The notes under the pieces are model-generated. The model worked only from the letters and a program-made list of their open reading frames with translations, did not search any database and was not told where the DNA came from. A DNA stretch of 64,000 nucleotides from contig OZ316893.1 in NCBI GenBank assembly GCA_973895155.1, positions 26,958,798 to 27,022,797 of the forward strand. Direction: 5' to 3'. The DNA is from Marsupella aquatica. Taxonomy: Eukaryota; Plantae; Marchantiophyta. Position 1 is the stretch's first letter, and the number at the start of each line of letters is the position of its first letter. Below are positions 53,901-64,000 of the stretch, one piece after another. A program made the position numbers and the translations under genes.

Positions 53901-56900
53901 AAAGAGTTCCCCAATGTTTAGAAGGCGGTCAGTTGCTGAAACTTTTTACAACCTAAGAGAGAAAGGAATGTGTCAGATGGTGCATCTCATGCTAGTTGTG
54001 TAGGATTGTGAGAAATTTGGTGTCCAAAGGAAATTAATTATTCTCGACTTCCTTTCATTCGACGGATCCGAATTAATTTGAACCCTCTCTGTGCCAGCTG
54101 TTGTGCTGAGAGCACGTCTATACCTTGGAATATTAACGGGGGCAAGTATAGAAAATATTCATCATTTGATTTACGCGAACATCTGCACATGGGCACATTC
54201 TCTAGCAACCAACAAAACTAACTTTTCAGCCTGAAAACCTTCTAATCGTCCAGTATGACATCTCGAATGAATTCCTGCCTGCCTTGATATGGCCTTCATT
54301 TATCCAGTTAGGCTTGCAGACGATACGAGACAGTTTGAAGCACCTATTTTTAAAACCCTTGTTAATGCTAGCTGCATACATCTGCAAACCTGAATATATC
54401 TTTGTCTTGGAAAGTTCCATTGACTGGATCAAGTACGCGTTCGAATCTTCGGTATAACGATTTTTTTGCAGGCATTCCGTTGACGGTGAGAGGATTTGTC
54501 GGTGGTTCTTTTCACGGGCTGAATTACTTGAATGAACGGGGAAAGGAAGCGAAAAGTCCTCATTGTTGCTGCTGTTGATCTGCAATTATGTACACAGTTA
54601 TGGATAATCAGTTCTGTTCTCCATTGTTTGGTCTACTGCAGACGAGAACGTTCTTTGTCCGTTGACGTACAGAGAGATGGTCTTAACGTCGACTATTTCC
54701 GAACTGGAGGTGAATCTGAGTTTCCCAGGTGAACAGATCTTTCTCCATTTAGCCTCTGGATCCTCTGTCCAGTTTTCCTTGGTGTAGAATTTGCGGTGTT
54801 TAATGCTGGCGAAGTTAAAAATTGAAGGAAAATGCGGACAGAAAATGTTTCTTTGATAGAAATCCTGCGCTACATTATACCGAAGCTCGCCTGGTCTTTC
54901 TTACTTAGTTCTTTACAATCCAGATGTGAAATATCTTTTCGCTGTAATGTAGTTGCTCAGTTCTTGTACAAGTGCCATTGCAATAATTGTTTTTCTTCTT
55001 AAAGAGAACTAAATAGCAAATTTTTGATGGCTATGTAACCACTCTAGAACCCTCGTACGTAAAATATGCCTTCCTCTGACACGGCAGTGGTCAACATATT
55101 CAATGTATGGCTCTGTATTCAGGGTCAACTCCTCCCCAGATATTCGCAAATCACGAAAAAAAAGTGGTGCTCCTGAGGTTGGTGACGATGTTGTAAGGTG
55201 TGTGTCAATAGATTTAGCCTCTTACTGTCGCAATAGTTTGCATAAGGTCGGTTTCAAGACCTGTGATGACACGCAAAGCGAAAATAGGAATAGAGCGTTG
55301 CCAGTAGTCCTAGGAATCCTTTTTTGCTTCTCAAATATTATGTATACTATGGAACTTGATCCTGTTAGGCTTGAAGAAGACTTCTCATGTTGACAGCAAG
55401 TGACAAGTTAGTATTTCGATGGTGTAGGGCTGTCCGAGCCATGAATGAAGCCATCAAGCTGGAACGACTCAAAGTATCGTCAGAGAAGCAAAGTAAGGAT
55501 GCTTTCCAACAGCGCCATTCTAAAGCATCATCGGAAATGCAAAGGAAGGACAGTTTTGAACAGGGTCAATCCAAAACATCATCAGAGCTGCGTTCTAAGG
55601 ATGCCGCCAAAGAGGACCAATTGAAACCATCACGGGCGCAACGCACTAAGGATGACAGTGAACAGGATCAGTCCAAAGTATCTCCAGAGCAAGCGTCTAA
55701 GGATGCACTTGAACTGGATCGATGCAAAGGATCAATGGAGCAAAGGGCCAAGGATATTGGTGAGCCTATCGCCGGAGAGCAAAACAGAGCTACGCAGGTA
55801 TTTGATTACTTTGAAGCCTAAGATATTTATGTCCGAGCTAAAGACTCGGTAGATACTCAGATTTTTGGAATAGACATGCTTGTTGATCGCTTGAGAAGGA
55901 GCAAGATCATCTCTATTAGTTACATTAATGGCTTAGTTGTCTAATATGTTTTTATTCAAGGTACAGCTGTGAAGATATCCTGCTAGGCTCCGCTTTTTCA
56001 TAAAGAAGGGCCGTTAAGATCTGCAACACCTCATGAGACTATGGTTCACTTGCATTAGAATGACCTGGAAATATGATATGTTTTTGGTGTAAATGTTGTC
56101 CTTGGGTGCCAGGGACCACTTCCATGGGATCGTATCCACGAACGCAGCAAGAATGCTGTCACGACCTCATTTCAACATGATCGAGTATCGAATTGTGAAG
56201 AATCAGTTATTCGTTCCAACGATGGAAATGAGGGAACTACACTTGAAAGAAGTAGCGATTGTAAAACATTGTCTGGAGTTGGGAGTTCTTCATCAGAGAA
56301 TGCCTCAACGACGGATACTTCTAGTCAGGCCTTAATTTTGAAGCCTCCTTCCTGGCTTCAGTCTCCTCTGATGCCATTCTCAGAATGGAACATCAATTTT
56401 GAGGAACTGCGAATCGGTGTTCGAGTTGGAATTGGTGAGCAAGGACCATTTTGTTCCAGCTATTTTCTTGTTAAAGTCGGAACTATTGCTCAGATACTTC
56501 TGGCCTAACTCTCTCTTGGTCAAAGTCCCTGACCTCAGAAAAAGGCCTCGACTTGGTCTTCAAGAGAGCCTTTGCACTTGTGAAGAAATACTTATGGGTA
56601 TGGGATAGTTATTGATTATCCAGAACTTCGGTAGGTTTCAAGGATTCTTAATGCAGCGTGATTTAAGCATGTGATACGTTTTCATACAAGCAGGCTCTTT
56701 CGGGGAGGTCTTTCGCGGCGTATGGAGGGGCACTGAAGTAGCAATCAAAGTTATGCTCGAGCAGGACTTTATTGAGGAGAACACTGCAGATTTTTGCACG
56801 GAAATCGCTCTACTAAGGTTTGGAAATCTCTCATCTCCTGGTCATCATTTCACTTGTGTACATCATCCTATGATGTTATAACATTCATTGGTGGAAGTCC

Positions 56901-58615
56901 TATTGTTTATACTCTTCCTTAAGTATCTATGTTGTGCCCGTGAAGTTGGGTTGGAAATGTTGCAATGATGCCATCTACTGATCACGAGCTCTCTGTGTGA
57001 ATGCCGTGTCTGCAGCCGGTTGCGCCATCCAAATGGTATGTTTTGGTCTTCATCTCCTCGATTTTTTCTCTGCTGGACAGAAATTTTCTGCAATGTCTGA
57101 GTACTTCTGGTAATTGGTCAATATGTCTGCAAACGCGGCCAAGTAAGTGAATGAATAGCGTGAAAGTCCATGCGGACCAAAATGGACGAACGGTGTAAAA
57201 CAACTCCAAGAGTCAAAAGTGACCCAGTAGACGCGGTGGACAACAATTACAGAAGTCTAACTAGATCGTAGATCCAAGGACCTGATCTCCACTCGTGTCC
57301 AGTGAACTGACCAACCAATTTCGTATCTAAGAGACTAATGTTAAAGATTCTTCTGACAGGCCACTCTGGACTTTTGTGAATCTCTCGATACTCGTGATCT
57401 TGAACAGCAAATTTGGCATACTGAATGTCAGAATACTTCGTCACGGATATTGATAGTTGTTCTTCGTCACACTGTTGCAGTCATTTTGTTCATGGGAGCT
57501 TGCACAACTCCACCGCATCTGTCTATGGTCACGGAATATATGCACATGGGTTCTCTCTATTCTCTTGTTCATACAACTGGCCAGGGCAAGAAGCTAAGCT
57601 GGCGGCGCAGGCTCAAGATGCTCAGAGACATTTGCAGGTGCAAATAGGCATTTTATCAATGTGAATCTAAGTGTAGGGTATACCATTGTTTTACTGCAGA
57701 ATCCTCTCGGCTTATAGATTCATGGATCAGATGATATATTGAGGAATCTGATGTTAAGGTGACTGCATTTGGTCTAGTAACTTATCGAGCCCTCGCTTTT
57801 ATTCTGAAGAATCCAGCTACTGTCAGTTGAGGTTTTCTGAGAGAATTCTTGCCTGCAGGGGAATGATGTCCGTGCAGCGAATGAACATTGTCCATTGTGA
57901 TCTCAAGAGTGCCAACTGCCTAGTTGACAAGCACTGGTCTGTTAAGATCTCTGACTTTGGCCTGTCCCGCCTTGCTTCTGGAGCACATGTGCCAGAGAGC
58001 ACTGCCGCTGGTACCCCAGAGTGGATGGCACCAGAGTTGCTACGAAATGATCCCGTTACAGATAAATGTGACATTTTCAGTCTTGGTGTAATAATGTGGG
58101 AGCTGTGTACATTAAAGAGGCCCTGGGAAGGTGTCAAGCCCATGGAAGTAAAGCTCAAGAAACTCAAAACTACCGCATTTTCAGCTCTCAATTGTTTGTG
58201 ACCCGATAAGTCTAGAATCCTGATGTTTTGTATGTGGTAACTAACTTGATTTCATAATTGGTATCGTTAATGCAGGTGGTGATTGCTGTTGCTCATAAAC
58301 AAGCAAGGCTCGAGATACCAGAGGGTCTACTGGGCAAGTTGATAGCCGGTAAGTACACCGCTATCTGGCTTCTTAGGATTTGCAATCTGTAATACTCTCC
58401 CGTTAGCAGTGTCTTGTTAGGAGTACAGTCCGTGATGCTCGTTTGTCAGCAGTAATCCGGTTAGGATTAGACTCCGATGCTCTTCCGTGACGATTCTGAT
58501 GAAGGCAGACTTTCCCTCGTGATATGCAGATTGCTGGGTTGAAAACCCTGCATCTCGACCAACTTACGAAGAAATTCTTACCCGTTTGCATGAATGCGAA
58601 TTCCTACAAACGTAA
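47963..58615 (+). CDS. Raf-like MAPKKK, subgroup B1 (Arabidopsis RAF13/RAF15-like), EDR1-type N-domain plus C-terminal kinase; true start codon unresolved
   Basis: Exons 47963-48223, 48789-48992, 49469-49651, 49944-50215, 51459-51584, 52023-52112, 52618-52692, 53039-53107, 53530-53628, 53865-53927, 54642-54728, 55123-55197, 55428-55797, 56113-56434, 56694-56817, 57016-57035, 57481-57637, 57859-58147, 58276-58348 and 58530-58615 join in one open frame (1014 aa) with GT-AG introns; ASQRLWETG..IPNGFYSVVP, CRPRALLFK, SPLEPNSPL, PEVGDDVVRAVRAMNE, GIGSFGEV, VAIK, HCDLKSAN, DFG, GTPEWMAPE. Confidence 0.92.
55471..55764 (+). repeat. Coding tandem repeat, 51 bp / 17 aa x ~5.8, inside a kinase exon
   Basis: KVSSEKQSKDAFQQRHS KASSEMQRKDSFEQGQS KTSSELRSKDAAKEDQL KPSRAQRTKDDSEQDQS KVSPEQASKDALELDRC KGSMEQRAKDIGE. 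Confidence 0.85.
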
Positions 58616-59643
58616 TGTAACTGGACCTTGGGAACAAACCTCATATCCATTTACAGGCTGTGGTCCAGCTCCGCACCAGAGGATTTTTGTTCGAAAATGT
58701 GTAATCTTTACCTCACCATGTCTACATCTCTGCAGAGGATGGAGAGTGCTATTTGTAGTGTACTATAGAATTAGTTTTACTTGGTAAAGCTCATAGTTTT
58801 AACTTCATGGTTGGTATGGTTAATGAGTACCATATCTCCATATGGAGCATTCATGCGAGGACAGCTGACTTGAATAGAAACGAATTGGTGTGTACCACTT
58901 TCTCGTCCATGACTGCTGAAAGATGGACTGTACAGTTCAAATTGGTGAGCACTAGAAGAGCGAACGCCGCAGCACTAACGTGCATGTCAGTTTCCTGGTG
59001 TTAAAGGCACTGTCTAGGTTAGCCTGGACCTGCCATAACGTCTAAAGTCAGGTTTGTGAACTACACTCCCCCATCCTGTAGACGTGGATCAAACCGATCT
59101 AGGCAGCGTTACCCCTGTACATTGATGAGGATCTTAGCGAGGGATTTGCAAAGTTTTGACTCCGGTCAACCATGTACAATGTAATTCTATTGAAGCGTCG
59201 AGCTCATGAAGTCACTTTTATTACACGTGACAGTGCGTTTAGTTTGGTGCCATTGTCAAGTGTGGCAGCATCGTTGTGATGAAATGTACGGGTAAATAGT
59301 ACTTGAATTCGAAGGCGCAGGTTACTGGCTTCTTCGGGTTAAATGTCCTGTAATTCCTACTGGATGTAAGCACCCGTCGGACTAAGTATTCTGTCACTCG
59401 AATGTTTCACCTGATTTGGCTTGTGGAAGGCTTTAGGCTCGTTACTAATTGTTCGGAGCACTAGAAGAACGGTATTGGTTAGCTGGGAAGAAGGATGTAT
59501 CGCACAGGCGATTGAAGTCGTATGGAAGGTGTATTTACAGTAGAGCATCATATTCTTCCAAGGTAACCAAATACTGTTCCATACTATTTTCTTTGTGAGC
59601 AAAGATGCAAGCTGGTGAGCAGTGGAGGCAGCTTGTTCGGTAT

Positions 59644-60455
59644 TTTGGGCTTAAACTGCCACTAGCCATATAAGAGAGGGAAGTGTCCAATACTTCTCCC
59701 TTGTTCACTTTTCTTTGGGCTGCCACTAGCCATATAAGAGAGGGAAGTGTCCAATACTTCTCCCTTGTTCACTTTTCTTTGGGCTTAAACTGCCACTAGC
59801 CATATAAGAGAGGGAAGTGTCCAATACTTCTCCCTTTGTTCACTTTTCTTTCATTCTTCTCTCCCGATCTATATTGTTCCACAAATTATACTATTTTATG
59901 GTGTAGCCAGGTTTTTGTCATGGCTAGTGGTGGTTTAGTGGATATGGGTAGGGACTGAGTAGTTTCCACAAATTCAAGAAATTATACTATTTTATGGTGT
60001 AACCAGGTTTTTGTCATGGCTGGTGGTGGTTTAATGGATATGGGTCGGGAGTGAGTAGTGAAGGACGCATCTGCTCTGGGAGCACCCAAGTTCTTTGGTA
60101 GTCTTCCCGTCTTCTCCCTCAAGGTCATTTAGTTGCATCCCGAATTGCAAGTGAGCAGTGAAGGCCTCATCTACTCTGGGAGCACCCAAGTTTCTTTGGT
60201 AGTCTTCTCCCTCTTCTCCCTCTTCTCCCTCAAGGTGATTTAGTTGCATCCGGTAGTTGCACATCAAAAATCAATACCGCTCGTGATCTAAAGAGAGTAA
60301 TTGGGTTTATCACGGTACTATGGAGTGACATAGTACAATGTATATTGTCATGCTTTGGATAAGTGTTGAGAATAACAGTGGGTGATCTAAACAGAGTAAT
60401 TGGGTTTATTGTAGTACCATGAAGTGACATAGTACAGTGTCTATTGTCATATTTT
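59644..60455. repeat. Cluster of four different adjacent tandem duplications, partly built on a small MITE
   Basis: ~70 bp x3 (59644-59851); ~95 bp x2 (59884-60060); ~100 bp x2 (60050-60252); ~72 bp x2 (60282-60450); ttaaactgccactagccat pairs with atggctagtggtggtttag. Confidence 0.85.
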
Positions 60456-61580
60456 GATGCGCAATTGACACGCCATTTAGTTATGGTCCACTCACAACCT
60501 CTGTCTTGTTCATAGTGATATCTACCTGGATAACCTACATTGTTTGTGTCCCCATTGACCGTGGAGAGTCATCGGCCAGTGTACACCAAAATGAAAATTG
60601 ATTGGCCAGTTTATACCAAAATAAAAAAGGAACGATCGGTGTTCAAGATGAAAATTTGGGAAGGATGATGCCCTGAATAGATGAGGTGTGGGCAATGAAA
60701 GACTTTCATTTTGGTGTTGTTTTGTTGCAAGTGGATTTTATTTAGAACGCCATTCTATAACTTAGGATGCCCCGCAATGGTGCACCAAATGAACCCAATG
60801 GGTAGTGACATGAGTTACGACTATAACTCTTATGCACTGCCAGCATCTAATCCTCGGAATACAACAGACAACCTGATTCCCCACAAGTATTTTGTTATAA
60901 TTTGTCCAAGGGTTATAAAGCATAAGAAGTAAAGTAACATATTTACATCACAAACAAAGATGTAAATACACTTTATAAAATAAACTAGGTCATTTAAAAT
61001 TCAAAGAACAACATAAAACTAGTGGTTAGTGAACATCTGCTGTCATGCAACAACCTGCCAACTTTGGAGTATAGTAGAATTCTTTCTATTGTCAGCTCAT
61101 TGTGGCTGACCTCAGTAAAGCACTGAATTCATAGTGAGTAGACACCCACATGGCATACTACAGTTATGCTAAGTACTGTAGCTAAGTTCTGTGTCAGACC
61201 TGGCATCAAAACTCCAATGGACCAAGTAACACTTCTGCATACCCAAAAATGTGGTCCCTGTGCTTTTTGGCAGTCCATCCGAGCATGTTGTCAACTGTTG
61301 AAATCTACCAGAATGTTTGTCTTGAAAACCATGAATTACCAAACCATGAGTCCAAGCATCCCATTCAAGCATGTTGGCAACTGGTTACTCTACCAGAGTT
61401 TAGATCAAACTTTTATGAACTACCAAACCATGAAGAAAATAAAAATAGAAACTTGTAAATAGAGATATTGAAGCACATCCAAATGCTTGCTGAGATTTCA
61501 TTCTATACAAAATTACATCCCCGCATCTTGTTAACTAGCACTCTACTAAACCAGAAAAGAAATTTGAAAAGAAAGCTGCA

Positions 61581-61891
61581 TGTCAGTTACGACTATAACC
61601 GTAGTTAGGGCTGACCTTAGTCTCGGACTAGGTTAGGTTAGTCACGTTGCACACTATATCCCCAAGTAGTGTTTGCTTGGAAAGGAGACACTTAGGCTCA
61701 TTGTTACGGATCAGTTAAGGGATAGGGATAGGGAGAACTTGTTTTGGCCAACAAGCCTAGAGTGTTGTAAAGGTGTCGTGTGTTCCCGTGGACGTAGCCT
61801 CAGCTAAACTGAACCACATGTTTCTTTGTGTTGACTGCTTGTGCATTGGATGATTATGGACTTGTCGTTGTAAATGTCGACTTTGCTCAAC
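61581..61891 (+). mobile_element. Solo LTR, Ty1/copia-like (same family as 2712-3022)
   Basis: TG..CA ends (tgtcag..ctcaaca); cttaggctcattgttacgga and gttcccgtggacgtagcc..gaaccac; no clear TSD. Confidence 0.55.
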
Positions 61892-62939
61892 ATGTTGCAA
61901 TTTTCCAATGCATATGAAAGTACTTATGCACTGTTGCAATTGTCTTGTCAGATCATACAGAGTGGACTCCTCCCTCACACTCAAAATACTCATACTGAAT
62001 GATTCAACTCTCAAAATACTCATGCTGAATGATTCAACTGGATAAGTGCATGAAACTACCATGTGTACTTGTCCACTACACCTATGTATTTGTCTTTTAG
62101 AGACATCAACCTGCACTGCACTTATAGGGACTGCATTTTTGGTGCATTTACAAAGAAAACTGTTGTAATATTAGGGGACCCACTGGATATGCTGCTGAAC
62201 TATACGACCGACCTGCAATTACCCACGGGACACTGCACTAATCCACGGTACACTGCACTGTATAGATTCTTTTCTTCATGGTTTACTTTATTCTGAAATA
62301 ACTTCTGAGGAAGGGATGACATCATCATATCCGATAAACGCGATCCTCTCATTCTATCGCATCACATTCAAACCTCCTCTAGTCCCCCTCTGGCCCTCTC
62401 CTCTCCTCTCCTCTCCTCCAATTCACTACTCTCCCAACGAAACACAAAAATCGACAAGACTGATCGCCATGACGATTGCGCGCGCGAGCATTCTTCGAAT
62501 CCGTTCAACGCGGTGATGATTTTCCGCTTCCCCTCCCGAATCGTCATCTCATCAGCAGCCCCGCAAGACATTGCTCGAGAATTCAGGTATTGTAGTGGTC
62601 GCTCTCCCGCATCGCCCGCTGATGGGGAAATGATGATGAGTCGCTGGGTCCGATCATCCGTCCTCGATTTTCTAGCTGCAACGAAATCCCACAACTTGAA
62701 GTGAAACGGGACATCGATCGGTCGGTTTTGGGCCTTGAAGCCGTATGGAAGTCGGGCTGTAGCTGAACGTTACAAATAGGAGGATGCAATCAAGGGCCAC
62801 GGGATCATTGCATCGTTAGATTGCAGAGATTGAGAGGGAGAAACGCCGTGGGAGAAGTCTCGGGAGGATTCAGAGAGGGCGTCGGATTTTTTCCATAGCC
62901 ACATAGGCCACCGGCAGTAGAGGAGACAAGAGTGAAACG

Positions 62940-63563
62940 ATGGCGCTGAGTGCGTCAGTTGGTAATTTGCTCAGGTCGGCACCAGGAGGAGAAAATTTTA
63001 GGGAAGCTTGCAATCAGTCGAGCTCACATTATGTGTGTGCGTCAAGTGGTTGCTGGACAGGCATTCTCAACGGCAGCGGACGGAACAGCATCGGATTGGG
63101 AACTGGAGGGAGACTGCGGTGGAGGAGGCAGCGGGGAGGGCAACAACGATTCCTGGCCATCCGGGCTTCTGATAATAACAGCAGCAAGCAGAGTGGGGAG
63201 ACGGAAACTACGAGCAGTGAGGCCGATGTGGAGGCTCTGGAGGCTAGACTCGGAGTTGGGAGGAGAGCACGCAATAAGCAGCAAGCGGAAGGCGGTGGTT
63301 CACAGTCGAGATCGGCAGGAGCACCTGCGAAGCCGAAGCAACCGGTTAAAAAATGGGAATCCATGAATTTGGCAGAGAAGGCTTGGTCATTGTACATAGA
63401 TCCTGACAAAGGTATTCTGTTTTGGCTTAATAAGCTGGCGTATGGTGCCATTTTTACCGTCATCGGTGGCTGGATTGTTTTCAGATTTATCGGACCTGCA
63501 TTAGGTTGGTACGAGCTGGATCAACCTTTGTTGAGTCCGGAGAAAATCTTGGACGGTCCGTAG
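62940..63563 (+). CDS. Conserved uncharacterised plastid-targeted single-pass membrane protein (207 aa, single exon)
   Basis: Transit-peptide-like N-terminus ending AIRAS; C-terminus WESMNLAEKAWSLY..KGILFWLNKLAYGAIFTVIGGWIVFRFIGPALGWYELD recalls a conserved green-plant family (Arabidopsis At4g02725-like, from memory). Confidence 0.85.
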   Translation: MALSASVGNLLRSAPGGENFREACNQSSSHYVCASSGCWTGILNGSGRNSIGLGTGGRLRWRRQRGGQQRFLAIRASDNNSSKQSGETETTSSEADVEALEARLGVGRRARNKQQAEGGGSQSRSAGAPAKPKQPVKKWESMNLAEKAWSLYIDPDKGILFWLNKLAYGAIFTVIGGWIVFRFIGPALGWYELDQPLLSPEKILDGP

Positions 63564-64000
63564 AGAAACGAGAGTTAATTGGAAAACTTGTTTTCTTAGT
63601 TTTCTGTGCATGCATCGTGGCTTCGGAGAATGAAATACCTCCGAGGACCAACTAATTGAGCTCTAGTGAATGATAGTCTATCCAATTGGATTTCTTCTAG
63701 CTTTCTGGTATGCATGCGTGCCTCGCCCTGTGACGACTGCTCGATTACTGCGCCTGAAACAAGTTCAAATGTTCTGCCTTCAGTTCGAATTCTCATTTCA
63801 AATTCCATCACTAGAGCGGTTCATGAGTTCTAAATGCCACTCATTTATTTTATAGAAGTTTACTCCTTCAAAGGCTGATGCTACCCATTCAGTCTACAAT
63901 TGACCCCTTTCATATGACTGGAGTTCGATACTTCTGAGAGATCAGGGTTTATGGCTAGAGGGCTACAGAAGGATCCGTGGGAGGCACATTTATTTTTTGA

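Noticed and set aside
57016-57035. 20-nt micro-exon encoding (S)RLRHPN(V)
   Set aside because: Real and required for the frame, but short exons in this part of B-group Raf kinase genes are unremarkable.
62950-63463. Alternative-frame and antisense ORFs over the last gene
   Set aside because: Shadows of the GC-rich 62940-63563 CDS.

Overview
Eukaryotic land-plant genomic DNA, probably a bryophyte such as a liverwort (inferred from GT-AG introns, long GC-rich leaders and gene content). CpG-rich gene islands alternate with CpG-depleted transposon debris. Four complete protein-coding genes could be assembled by hand: (1) a GAUT8/QUASIMODO1-like GT8 galacturonosyltransferase (- strand, 3 exons, 555 aa); (2) a plastid-targeted CYP20-type cyclophilin (+, 6 coding exons, 232 aa) that retains only one Cys; (3) a B1-subgroup Raf-like kinase with an EDR1-type N-domain (+, at least 20 coding exons, >1014 aa, start unresolved); (4) a single-exon conserved plastid membrane protein (+, 207 aa). 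A probable first exon of a fifth gene (-) runs off the left edge. The most striking feature is in the kinase: eight consecutive frame-preserving phase-2 exons, four of which begin with a junction-split Ser followed by Pro-Glu, then a 17-aa tandem repeat and an HCD (non-RD) catalytic loop. Intergenic DNA holds a three-level TE nest (MITE > pogo-like DDE_1 element > GC-rich insertion), a MITE family sitting next to promoters, copia-type solo LTRs, foldback elements and many short tandem duplications. All homology statements come from recall, not database searches.
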